DNA from: Paraphysomonas bandaiensis
Taxonomy: Eukaryota > Protista > Chrysophyceae
Length of the DNA: 64,000 bases
Reading direction: 5' to 3'
Assembly: GCA_965644295.1 (NCBI GenBank)
Contig: CBFFRP010000423.1
Location: 62,001-126,000, forward strand
Shown here: one piece after another, positions 1 to 11,356 of the stretch
Numbering within the stretch: the first letter of the stretch is position 1
How the letters are laid out: each line of letters starts with the position of its first letter
The notes under the pieces: model-generated
Database searches by the model: none
Told to the model about the DNA's origin: nothing
Seen by the model: only the letters and a program-made list of their open reading frames with translations
Program-made: the position numbers and the translations under genes

Positions 1-883
1 AGAGACCACGTTTCTGGCGATATAATTAGTTATGCCACTCACATTCAAATAAGTCCAAACCCTACCTGGATTCAACGTGTCTGAGAAAGCGCAAGATATT
101 AGAACAGCCCCAGATCCCACACTGGATAGTAAAAACAATACAATAGCAAGATTTTGAGGGCTGGATATGACACGACGACAGCAGCTGAGAAGAGCCCTCC
201 GTGGATATTTCTTGCACTCAGAGGAGCAACAACAACAAAACATTCGGCAGCAGCACTGCTTATCATCGAATTGATTGAACTCATTATCGTCGTCTACTGA
301 CTGTTGCATCACATGTAGTGCCATCATTGTAGTTTCTGCTGATGAGGTACATGCTCCACGGAGAAGAAGTAATGTCCCAAGAAAACTAGAGCATAGACAC
401 AAAAAAACGATGACAAAACTAGCAGGCCACATATATTCTGCTTCAATGCCCATATGTGTACCATTATCAATGTTGTCGATACTTTGCCACAAATGAATAT
501 CAGACCATTGCCAGCAAAATTCATCACAAAATACTGATGAACTAGTTCCTGGACATAGCAGTGTATCTGCAGTCTGATCACATGCAATTGAAGAACCAAA
601 TCCAATCCAAGAATTAAAATACATACATTGACCATTTAAACATTCATCTGTATAAGAATATAATCGCCACATTGACTATATATACATATATAGTTAATAT
701 CACTGTAGTGTATATGGATATTGTACACATTACCTGTCTGTATACACCGTATGAGAAGCATACAGTAACTATAACACCTAATAAAAAATGTATAGTCATA
801 GCCAATTGATTATAATGTATGTATATTCCATGTAATACTCCACAATATCCATATCCCTTATTACGATATGAAGCAGTTGACAT
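1..883 (-). CDS. Cys-rich multi-pass membrane protein, 3' end runs off the window (partial)
   Basis: Exon 1 from ATG 883 (MSTASYRN...FSYGVYRQ), GT-AG intron at about 677-733, then a long open frame missed by the ORF track (SMWRLYSYTDECLNGQCMYFNSWIGFG...WPASFVIVFLCLCSSFLGTLLLL...QCCCRMFCCCCSS...LAIVLFLLSSVGSGAVLISCAF) with three hydrophobic segments. Confidence 0.65.
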
Positions 884-1392
884 GATGTTGTTTGATAGTG
901 TATTGTTGATGTAATGAAGTTCATTTGATTTGATTGTGGTGATGAATGTGAATGTATGTGTGTGTGAATTGAATGTTATGAAGAGTCAGTTAATTAATTA
1001 ACTTACTTATATATGTGTGTATGTATGAGATGATACGTACATATATATGTATATGTATGTATGTACATATATATGTGTATGTAGCTATGAGATGATAGTA
1101 ATAGAGACATAAGCTCATTGGATGACAGTCAATAGCAATCTATTCACACTTCACTTCATGAAGCTGAACTTATATATGTATATATAGATATATAGATATA
1201 TAGATACTGTACATACCTTCAGCCACATACAGCAGTATCTACAGCATATAGATATCATACAACTCCATGGTACTCTGGTATTCCTACACCTGGAGGTGTA
1301 TGATTTTATTGATTGTTCATTGTTTATTTCATTGAAAATCATCATTTTTTCAGTGAAAAATGAAAAAAAAGAGACTTTTCAATGATGAACAA

Positions 1393-1544
1393 ATCGGCAC
1401 TCGTCAGCATATTATGTTTTCGGAAATAAATTGAAGCGAAAACCCTCTATATTACTGAAGTACAACTACGGCTGTAATATAGATAATTGTTCTCTCAATA
1501 TTAGAGGCATATTTGAACAAAAATATACAAAGGACCCCGATACG
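1393..1544 (+). mobile_element. ~150-bp dispersed MITE-like repeat, copy 1
   Basis: Core ...AAATAAATTGAAGC...TACGGCTGTAAT...TTAGAGGCAT.TTTGAACAAAAATATACAAAGGACCCCGATACG recurs at 13978, 56306 and 61380; imperfect terminal inverted repeats ATCGGCA.../...CCGATACG. Confidence 0.7.
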
Positions 1545-1851
1545 AAAATCGACACGCACAACCACCCCCCAGATATTGGGTGTTTCAGCCTAAATATCCT
1601 AATATATAGATTTTAATCATAAAATTCTGGATTTTCTGATATCGACCTATTTTTGGTGTTCAATTCAAAAAAAAATATCAACAAAAAAAACTGTCGGTTA
1701 CATTTGCTACAATGATGGTGTGTGTGTATGTGTGTATAGATATGTACGTATATATATATATGTTACATGAGGTGGGATATGGTGCAATAGATCACTACAA
1801 TTGCATTATATTGCATTAATTGATATATATTATTGATCTTTACAATATATA

Positions 1852-3111
1852 ATGGGATCTGCGGCATCTACATGGGAACCCTCTAGTGATGATGTTCACT
1901 TAACTGAGGAAGAAGTTAAAAATATTGTGGGTGAAAAATTTGATAAGGAAAAATTTACATCTCTTGCCGGAGAGAATGATTTCATCACTGCTGGACAGTT
2001 GAAATCAATAATGAATACTAATCAAGAACCTCCGAAAGAAGAAGCTCCTAAGACGGACGCACCAGCAGCAGATGAGCTTCCTGAGAGTGATGATGAGGAT
2101 GATTTTGAACCAGAGGATCCGAATGCACCTGAATATGTCCCGCCAAAAAATATTGGAAAGAAGGCAAGAAAAACAGGTGTATCTGCGGAGTCTATGGATC
2201 CAACAAAAATGAAGGAGCAAATGAAGAACATTACATGTATTGAGAAAGAACCAGAAGTGTATCAAAATCTCCTCAATGTTGTTGCCAAGTCGCCACTATT
2301 GCGGGCTCTTGATGATGAACAAAAAGACATGATTGTCAAAGCATTTTCAGGGCCAATAATGAAAAAAGCTGATGAAGATATTATTGTGCAAGGCGAAATC
2401 GGTGATGTGTTTTATCTTCTTGAAGAAGGCGCTGTAGATGTGTATATTAGCAAAGGTGGTGATCCACAAGTTAAAGTACACTCATATAAACCTGGGGATG
2501 CCTTTGGAGAGCTTGCAATTATGTATAATGCCCCACGTGCGGCAACATGCAGAGCGCAGACTGACAGCAAACTCTGGCAACTCGATAGAGTATCGTTCAA
2601 GTGCATTGTCGTGGCCGCTGCAATGCAGAAACGTGAAACGTATCGTGGGTTTCTCACCAAGGTTCCTATTCTATCCTCTCTTAACGAGATGGAGGTCATG
2701 ACATTAGCCGATTCCCTAGCCGAAGAGAAGTATGCAGAGGGGGACATTATTTGTAAACAAGGAGAGGAGGGAAATTACTTCTATATCATCAAATCCGGCG
2801 TGGCTGTATGCTACATTGACAAAGATGGGGTTGACACAGAAGTTGCCCGACTCACGGAAGGTTTGTATATATCACTTATTCCATGAGCATCGAAAGTAAT
2901 ATTAAAATGTACAGGACAATATTTTGGAGAGGTTGCGCTGTTGACTGCAAAGCCTAGACAAGCTACTGTGAAAGCAGCGGAGGCACTTCAAGTGTTGGCT
3001 ATTGACCGTGCAACATTTACCCGTGTTATGGGACCATTGGACGACATTATGCAGAGAAACCTGGTGGAATACGAAAAGTTGAACTCTAGCATCCTAGAAA
3101 GTTCGGTCTAA
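1852..3111 (+). CDS. PKAR: cAMP-dependent protein kinase regulatory subunit (exons 1852-2860, 2915-3111)
   Basis: Inhibitor site RKTGVSAES and two cNMP-binding domains with phosphate-binding cassettes FGELAIMYNAPRAAT and, after the 54-nt intron, YFGEVALLTAKPRQAT; stop TAA at 3109-3111. Confidence 0.95.
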
Positions 3112-4439
3112 GGAATTTGAAAATTGTCAAAACTGTATTACCTTTCTGCTGAATGCGTTTCTTGTGTATATTGGTGAACAAAAATGCATTGGTAGCTTAC
3201 GTGTCGACATATACTAGCTCGATAAAGTATTTAATACCTACTGTGGCGGTAGAGTTCGATATAACAGATAATTAAACAAGAAATGAGTTGATATTACTGC
3301 CAAACATCGTGAAAAATTCATTCCTGCTGTATTCAGTGAGTATAGGCACATATATTGTTTATGGTATCAAGATAATATATATGTGATGCAAATTAAAAGT
3401 GTACATGCATTACATGTTTAGCATAAACTATCTTTAATTTTGTTAGCATTCGTATATACATTCAGATAGGGCAGTTTTTAGAGTAAATGCATGATATACA
3501 CCATATAAATGGTGCATCGTGCATCATATCATGTATGTTCCTATATGGTACTTCATGTTGTTTTGTCATCATCTGCTAATGACAATTTTTGTACTCAAAT
3601 AGATCCTTGGTGTACTGTCTATAGTATCTTGGCGATCTGTACACGTCCTGGCATTGCATTACTACTGCTAGTTGTGCTTGTCTTCTTGGTAGCTTCCAAG
3701 CTGACAGCAGCACTTGATATTGTCAAGTATCTTCCGGGCACTATTGGATGCCTGGCCTTCTCTTCTAGCGTTGTGTGATGTTTTTCACACGGAACCCACA
3801 ATTACTCTATCTAATTGTTTGAGAGTTAATACTTATACTGATTAATCGACACTTAATTCCGAATATTTTGGGTAGCATGGGTGATGAGTGTAACTTTATC
3901 TCACTTCGGCATATTATTAGGATTCAGCTCAGCTTAATACAAGACAGTATCTGTGAGTTATAATGTTCAATGAAATATATCATGAACTAAATTAGAGAGA
4001 GTATCTGTTGAAGATACATGATCGTCATCAAAACGTTGTCATTACACTTCTAACTATTCCGTTGTGCATGTTGAGTTCTGCTATAGTGCATGATAGTTAT
4101 GTTTTATATTATTATTCATAATTCTCATGCTTTACACTTTACACTCTAATAATCACAACATTGTGTACTATTTCTAAGATCAATTCTTTATTCATTAATT
4201 TCTAAAGTGTGTCCCCGCACGAATGTAGGAGTAGCGAATGATGCATCAACACTTGTTGTAACTGTAAAAGCAATATATACTGTAGACTGTAGACTAAGAA
4301 ATTCAGGACAACCAATAAACCGATCGTTATATAAAATAGTATACTACTTTAACAGAAGCAACAATTTAATATAAATTCAAGGAGTACATTATTATGAGCA
4401 TGTTAGGCTTTCACAATATATTAAAATAGTTTGCTACAC

Positions 4440-6018
4440 TTAGTATGGTCCTGCTCCACTTCCACCTTGACTAGCGAACTGGGCCTCCTTTTCCACAAGC
4501 TTCCGCACGATGCCCTTCAAGAAATTCGATTTGTTGTTTATCCTATTCATGTCTTTTGCACAGAAATCACAGATTGCCTTACTCGCAATCCAAGGGTTCT
4601 GCGCTGCCAAATAGTCCCGGACCCTATCGTCAATATCCTGTACACGAGATCAAACCATTGAGCGAGCTCTTAAAAACACAAGAAGCTACTCACGCAATCA
4701 CGTATCACACCAGCAGCAACGTTTCTGGAGATCTCCATGTCGATTCGACTGCGGGCAGACGCCTGAGCAGGAGAGTTAATAGTCATATACAGAGTTGCCG
4801 ACAAACAGCATGGTGTCTCACCTCACTCGCATGCCGCATATAAGTGGAGGGCAACGCAACCGGGACAGCCCCACCACGTGGTCGCTTGTCTCGGGCTCCC
4901 GGAAAAGGCTGCTGATAGTCCAGAGGCCGTTTAGGCCCAAGCGATCGTTGTCTGTCTACGGGGTCTGTTCCACGCAATTCCACTGTAGACAGATGAGAAT
5001 ACAATACATACGGTTTTTCCTAACTTACAATTGTGTGCCACTCTGCGTGCAATACCAAGCAAATATGAAGGAACGTTACGAACAGAATCTCGATCGAGAG
5101 CTGTAAATTCTTTCGCGATTGTAAGAGCAAAGTCCTCTGGCATAGCAGCTAACTCCTGTATTACTCGTCCATCAATATCTTCCATCTACAGATAATACGC
5201 GTGTGAAATGATTCAACACAATCAAGGAGACCCTACATATAGTACTCCTCTATTGATAAGTGCTTCTAGTTGGTCTTGTACAGACAAGGGGAGGCGAGTC
5301 CCCTCCAGCATCTGTTTATACACAGCATGACATATGTTGCCACATCGTGATATAATAAACATACCCGGGGCATTTCGGGAACATACTCTTGGTCTCCAAA
5401 ACCATACATGAGGTCCAAGGGCAGCACACGAGGGGGAGGTGGCAAGAATGGTGCCCCACCAGGACCAGAATATCCCACACCTGCTCCAGGATCCATTCTG
5501 TTAATCCTGTCTCCACCTCTATGGTCCCACTCTTCTTGTCTACGATGATTGATAGGTCTAGAGTATTTCTTCATCAAGCCCATAAAAAAGGATGGAATAT
5601 TTTTTAATGTAGATAAATCAGTTGTTTCTAATTCATGTAAAGCTTCCAAAGCACGATCTTCAGGTAGATGTTTTAACATATCTCTACATCTATCATCTAT
5701 AGCATCTGGATGTATACGTCCTTCACGAAATAATCTTTCAAGTTCATGTATTACACGTTCATTTTCATGTACATCAGCAGCAGCAACAACACGTTGAGTA
5801 ATTCCAACTAAATATCCACCTGGATTACGAATTGTTTCACGTTTTGTACGCATTGTATGTTCAAAATCATGTAATACACCCATCGCCTTATCTTCAGAGA
5901 GACGAGAGAGGAGACCCTTGATACGAGGCTCTAGTATAGCAGGATCTAGATCATAGTTACTATGAAGAACGTCATAGAGACGTTGTTCGACTCTCCAGGA
6001 TACGGGGTGGTCGTTCAT
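4440..6018 (-). CDS. Protein with four hnRNP-Q/SYNCRIP acidic-domain (NURR)-like repeats, about 6 exons
   Basis: Four helical repeats: LEPRIKGLLSRL..IRNPGGYLVGITQR; IDDRCRDMLKHLPEDRALEAL..LKNIPSFFMGLMKKY; IDGRVIQELAAMPED..VRNVPSYLLGIARR; IDDRVRDYLAAQ..INNKSNFLKGIVRK. Canonical GT-AG introns join the ORF pieces; TAA at 4440-4442. Confidence 0.75.
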
Positions 6019-6072
6019 TGTAATGTTAGGGATATGAGGTTGCTATGCATGTATATATGAGAATAATGACAG

Positions 6073-6359
6073 TATGTATGTATGTATGTATGTATGTATG
6101 TATGTATGTATGTATGTATGTATGTATGTATGTATGTATGTATGTATGTATGTATGTATGTATGTATGTATGTATGTATGTATGTATGTATGTATGTATG
6201 TATGTATGTATGTATGTATGTATGTATGTATGTATGTATGTATGTATGTATGTATGTATGTATGTATGTATGTATGTATGTATGTATGTATGTATGTATG
6301 TATGTATGTATGTATGTATGTATGTATGTATGTATGTATGTATGTATGTATGTATGTAT
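6073..6359. repeat. (TATG)n microsatellite, left half of an array split by the LTR element
   Basis: Perfect TATG repeat read directly. Confidence 0.99.
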
Positions 6360-6566
6360 TGTAGCTGACAGACACCAAGAGAATGTAGACTAGGAATATA
6401 TGGTTATTATGCATATAAGAATCATGTATGTATAGACTGGCATGAAGCAACTGCCTATCACAATATCACGATCCTGAAGGGACGTGCCCAAAGCAATCCC
6501 TGAAGGAGAGTGATCGCAAATCTAAAAACCCAAGGTTTTCCCAAAAGGCAGGGGTTTCATGCCACA
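6360..6566 (-). repeat. 3' LTR (207 bp)
   Basis: Base-for-base identical to 10590-10796; preceded on the minus strand by the PPT AAAAAAAAAGGAGGGAAGGGGTAG. Confidence 0.95.
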
Positions 6567-6761
6567 CTACCCCTTCCCTCCTTTTTTTTTGTTGAAAAAA
6601 ACCTGGCATTTAGCCTACGAAAACTACTACTCCTAAAAAAAATCACCACTACTACCCTACATCTCACTCCAAGCATTATTCTGACTTTACGAGAACCTTA
6701 TCATAGGTGTCCACTACATGGACAGAGCGGATTTTAACCGTCAAAACTCATAATCCCTAAA

Positions 6762-8360
6762 CTAACTCGACGAGCCCTCCTCCTCAGACTGGGCATCTTC
6801 TTCCGTCGAATCAACTGACCTGGAGCGCTTCTTTCCCCTCTTGGGTAATAGGGCCCGAACAAGATAGTTAGAGTGGGACCTCAGGTATCTTAGCAATGCC
6901 TCTGAACCTCGCACTGCCTTCCAAGACTCCCAAGTCGGTACACTATAATTAGACCAAAACACCTCAAAGTACAAGTCAAATCGTGACCCTTTAACATCCC
7001 CTCGCATGTTCGTTATTTTCTCCATCACAAACTCGGCGCCCTCTGTGTCATCCCGTAACGCAATCTGCACCGGGTCTTCCACCCTCGGATCATAACAGAA
7101 CGGACGTAACTTCGAGATATGATGCTTCGTCGTGCCTCTGGTCAAAAGACTCTGCACTGTATAAATTCCACCATCTATTGCCACCACCTTCATGGGGCCT
7201 TTTAAATAGGGTAATAACTTGCTCGGAGGACCCTTCCTCAACGAGTTATGGCGATATTCCACTAGCACCAAAGCCCCTACCGGATATGAGGATATACCCT
7301 CCGGCATATTAGACTCAATATGATGCTGGTCTCGGATACGCAAATTCTGTTGTGCATACGCCCTAACCTTATCCTGAGCGACAAGTCTGTCTGCCACCCA
7401 TTGTGATAAATCTCGACTCTCCCGAGATGATAAATTCTTTCTATCCAAAATAAAGCCCGCATCCAGATTTATGGATTTACCATACACAAGTTCTGCTGGG
7501 GCCACCCCAGTTGATCCATGTACAGACGCATTCAAGATGCGCTGCACCATTGGTAAAACATCAGACCACCACTTTAAAGCAACTCGCTCGAAAATGATGT
7601 TCCGCAAATGTCGAAGAATCTCTTTATTCTCCCTCTCGACCATGCCATTTTCCTCCTTCGAGTACTCGATTGTAAAAGAGTGGTTGACACCCAACAAAGC
7701 AGTTATCTCACGAATGATATCCGCAATAAACGCCTTGCCCTTATCCGAGGTAAGTTTACAAATCGAGCACATCGAAAATCTACCAAAATATTGAATCAAC
7801 GCTCGGGCTGTATCTTTCGCCGATATGCCTTTCGTGGGGAATAACTCAACCCACCTCGCGAAGGCATCAATCAGCACTAATATACTCGTAAACCCATATT
7901 CATCCGGCATCAAGCCTTCAATATAATCCATATAAATACATTCTCCCATCGAGTATTTCGACAGTGTAAATGGACGAACCCACACAGATGGTTTCAACGT
8001 TGACATTTTCTGACAACACACACATCTCTTAATAAAAGTTATTACATGCTGACGCATGTTCCTCCAATTGTTGTTGCTCCCTCGCAACTTCCCCATGGTT
8101 CGTTCTACCCCATGGTGACCCACTACACTATTGTGACAGGTCTTAATAACTTTCCAGAAGCGACTCGGGATATGCTCACACTCTGTATCCTGCTCTACCT
8201 CAAGGCACTGCTCGAGTGAAGAACAGACATTTTCACCGATTTCATCGGATGCGTCCACCCCACAAATTCGACTAAGAGCGTCAGCAATCACATTGAGTTC
8301 TCCTGCCAAATGTTCGAAGGTAACATCAAACGACTGAAAACACATAAACCAGCGTTGCAC
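6762..8360 (-). CDS. Retrotransposon RNase H tail + integrase (HHCC, DDE, GPY/F) + chromodomain
   Basis: NVIADALSR; H-NSVVGH-HG...CVCC zinc finger; YMDY, SDKG and NGMVERENK core; LLPYLKGPMKV; C-terminal FVMEKIT...YFEVFWSNYSVPTWESW chromodomain. Confidence 0.9.
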   Translation of the reverse strand: MQRWFMCFQSFDVTFEHLAGELNVIADALSRICGVDASDEIGENVCSSLEQCLEVEQDTECEHIPSRFWKVIKTCHNSVVGHHGVERTMGKLRGSNNNWRNMRQHVITFIKRCVCCQKMSTLKPSVWVRPFTLSKYSMGECIYMDYIEGLMPDEYGFTSILVLIDAFARWVELFPTKGISAKDTARALIQYFGRFSMCSICKLTSDKGKAFIADIIREITALLGVNHSFTIEYSKEENGMVERENKEILRHLRNIIFERVALKWWSDVLPMVQRILNASVHGSTGVAPAELVYGKSINLDAGFILDRKNLSSRESRDLSQWVADRLVAQDKVRAYAQQNLRIRDQHHIESNMPEGISSYPVGALVLVEYRHNSLRKGPPSKLLPYLKGPMKVVAIDGGIYTVQSLLTRGTTKHHISKLRPFCYDPRVEDPVQIALRDDTEGAEFVMEKITNMRGDVKGSRFDLYFEVFWSNYSVPTWESWKAVRGSEALLRYLRSHSNYLVRALLPKRGKKRSRSVDSTEEDAQSEEEGSSS

Positions 8361-10045
8361 ACGCTTAAAACACCGTGTTCTTGCTTAAGCTGTCGTGATC
8401 CGTTCGAACAATGAAGCGTCGATCTCTCAACAAGTATTCCCACTTATTCAAGGCATACAAAAATGGCAAATCCTTCCTGCTCACAGGTATGCCATTTCGC
8501 CAAGGTTGACTCGAACGCCTTACTAATCATACCAATTGTGCGTCGTGACCCTCCACGATTTGCACCAAATGAGCCCCAATCCCTATTATAGATGCATCAG
8601 TATATAGATAGATGGGGAAAACATCATCCATAAAAAATAATAAGGGACACTCATGAATTCGCTCCTTCCGCTCATCGAATGCTACCGTGGCCTCCTCTGA
8701 CCAGTCGAGCACTTTCCGATGCGCTTGAGACTTTTTGTATAATTTCCCAATATTGCATGCAAAGAAAACTCATTATATACCAGGCCCGCAAGCACTATAT
8801 TTTGCATTTGCCTCTGGAAATAAGATGGAGCGCACTTTAAACCCATGGGGAGCCGGAGCCACTCGTACACCCCGTTTTGAGTAATAAAGGCAACCCAGCA
8901 CGGGATCGTTTACCCCCTGGCACCAATTCTATAGATCATATCTCTTATATTAGGAATTGGCCAGCTTTCTGAAGTCGTGACCCGATTTAAGTTTTTATAG
9001 TCTATTACCCACCGCCCTTTATTATCTGGCTTCGGCACCACAAAGGGATGACTGTAATGAGTGGCTGTGCTAAGTTGGATTGCTCCTAACTTCTCTAGCT
9101 TATCCACCAAATGTTGGAGCTCGCGCTGGCGACTCCTGTCTAACCTCCGGGGAGGCAATTTATGTGCCGGTATCAACCACGTTTCAGACGGGTTCCGGAC
9201 TTCTAACTCAAAAGGCTCCAGCTTGGCTGGTTCCCCTTTACGAATCTCTAATCGGAATATCTCCTTGTATTCCCCCAGGACATCCCGGATACGACTCTGT
9301 AAACTCGGGGATCCAAATATCTTATCTGGAAGCACTTGCGGATCCTTTTCCGCACTTAAATAATCAGAATCAATAGACTCCAATTGATCATCGTGAATCT
9401 CCTTCATATTCTCTCGGTCCCTTGCGGACCTGGTTGAGAAGTTAGTAGGGTCCTCGACCCCCAGAGAGAGCAACTGCTCCTCCACTGGGTATGACCAATC
9501 TTCGCCACTATCATTGATTCCTACCTCGAGTGGAGCTAACTCGCTCTGCACCCCAAGGTCATAATTTTTGCGTAGCGGTAGACAAACGCTGGCTCGTTCC
9601 CCCCCACAAGGGTAAGACGCGTGCACGCCCAGGCCAAGAGGCACTGCTCCCCCAGACTGATCATCTCTCTCTCTCGCATGAAGGAATGCGCTGTTTCCCA
9701 CTACGTTGGCTAACCGCCATGCGCTGTCCGCGCTCATAAAGCATTAGGGCAATGTACAACTAAATTTAGTTCTCGTACAGTCTGCATTCCTAATATAATA
9801 TCAAAATTTAAATCTAATTCTCAAGCAGTTAACCTAGCTTGCAACCCCGGAGGCTCCTTTGCCTCCGAAAGGATTTTTACATCAAAGGGTACACCCCTCC
9901 TACACAATGCAAAAGCAGACTTCAAGCCACCCGCAATATTCTTAATTACAGGTATTGGAACAGAATCACTCTCTATCAACCACTGTACAACGTCTTTACT
10001 AATAAAGTTCGCCGACGCGCCAGTATCAAGCAGAGCCTTGCACAT
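8361..10045 (-). pseudogene. Fragmented pol: aspartic protease, reverse transcriptase (YxDD segment deleted), RNase H
   Basis: LLDTGASANFIS; VVPKPDNKGRWVIDYKNLN; YEWLRLPMGLKCAPSYFQRQM; IYLYTDAS. These lie in different frames with stops, and no YxDD follows LAGLVYN. Confidence 0.85.
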
Positions 10046-10128
10046 CCTTTTCCCACCCTGCTCATTTCAACCCATGACATCCGAGTATAATTCGCAGAAC
10101 TCACCTTTGGAGTATTTTCCATACGAAC

Positions 10129-10525
10129 CACTCTTTGGAAGTTCTCGGTCGGAGGCCCCTGCCTCCTTCCCTTCCGTTGAACTGGAGGTTATCGGCCCCT
10201 CAAGAGCCCCCTCACTCTCATAATCTAAAACACTCTTTGGAAGTTCTCCGTCGGAGGCCCCTGCCTCCTTCCCTTCCGTTGAACTGGAGGTTATTGGCTC
10301 CTCAAAAGCCCCCTCACTCTCATAATCTAAAACACTCTTTGGAAGTTCTCGGTCGGAGGCCCCTGCCTCCTTCCCTTCCGTTGAACTGGAGGTTATCGGC
10401 TCCTCAAAAGCCCCCTCACTCTCATAATCTAAAACACTCTTTGGAAGTTCTCGGTCGGAGGCCCCTGCCTCCTTCCCTTCCATCACACTGGAGGGTCTCG
10501 GTTCCTCAGGAACCCCCTCACACTC
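10129..10525. repeat. 102-bp tandem repeat (about 4 copies) inside the LTR element
   Basis: CACTCTTTGGAAGTTCTC recurs at 10129, 10231, 10333 and 10435; the minus frame reads a 34-aa repeat EGKEAGASDRELPKSVLDYESEGAFEEPITSSST. Confidence 0.95.
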
Positions 10526-10589
10526 TTGTTCTAAAACGCGTTTTCATTTCCTAACTCTTTTAGACATCAGTATGACTAAATATCGATAT

Positions 10590-10796
10590 TGTAGCTGACA
10601 GACACCAAGAGAATGTAGACTAGGAATATATGGTTATTATGCATATAAGAATCATGTATGTATAGACTGGCATGAAGCAACTGCCTATCACAATATCACG
10701 ATCCTGAAGGGACGTGCCCAAAGCAATCCCTGAAGGAGAGTGATCGCAAATCTAAAAACCCAAGGTTTTCCCAAAAGGCAGGGGTTTCATGCCACA
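10590..10796 (-). repeat. 5' LTR (207 bp)
   Basis: Identical to 6360-6566. Confidence 0.95.
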
Positions 10797-11102
10797 GTAT
10801 GTATGTATGTATGTATGTATGTATGTATGTATGTATGTATGTATGTATGTATGTATGTATGTATGTATGTATGTATGTATGTATGTATGTATGTATGTAT
10901 GTATGTATGTATGTATGTGTGTATGTATGTATGTATGTATGTATGTATGTATGTATGTATGTATGTATGTATGTATGTATGTATGTATGTATGTATGTAT
11001 GTATGTATGTATGTATGTATGTATGTATGTATGTATGTATGTATGTATGTATGTATGTATGTATGTATGTATGTATGTATGTATGTATGTATGTATGTAT
11101 GT
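10797..11102. repeat. (TATG)n microsatellite, right half
   Basis: Read directly; one TGTG interruption near 10918. Confidence 0.99.
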
Positions 11103-11356
11103 CCCCACTACAACCAACTACACTAAAACTACAGTCGTGTACACAAGCAACATCACCATCTGACACTGTAGGACACACATATATATGGATCTGTTGAAAC
11201 ATATGGTACCTTCTCTCTCACATCATAACACCACACGCTAATCTCTCCCACTGCCCTGCATATTCCCATTATATCTTGCCCTTATCACAGCAAATATGTC
11301 CACATCAACTCTATTCCTCTATTATAACTATAGTGTCTCCATATATAATAACTACT

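Larger units (their letters stand above)
6360..10796 (-). mobile_element. Ty3/gypsy chromovirus-type LTR retrotransposon, internally deleted (non-autonomous)
   Basis: Identical 207-bp LTRs (6360-6566, 10590-10796; TGT...ACA); GTAT on both flanks; polypurine tract next to the 3' LTR (6567-6590, minus strand); minus-strand order protease (LLDTGAS), RT fragments, RNase H (YTDAS), integrase, chromodomain. Confidence 0.95.

Noticed and set aside
6043-6450. ORFs of MYVC/YIHT repeats (also at 10696-11202, 18920-19497, 24403-26166, 46386-47156)
   Set aside because: Translation artefacts of TATG/CATA micro- and minisatellites.
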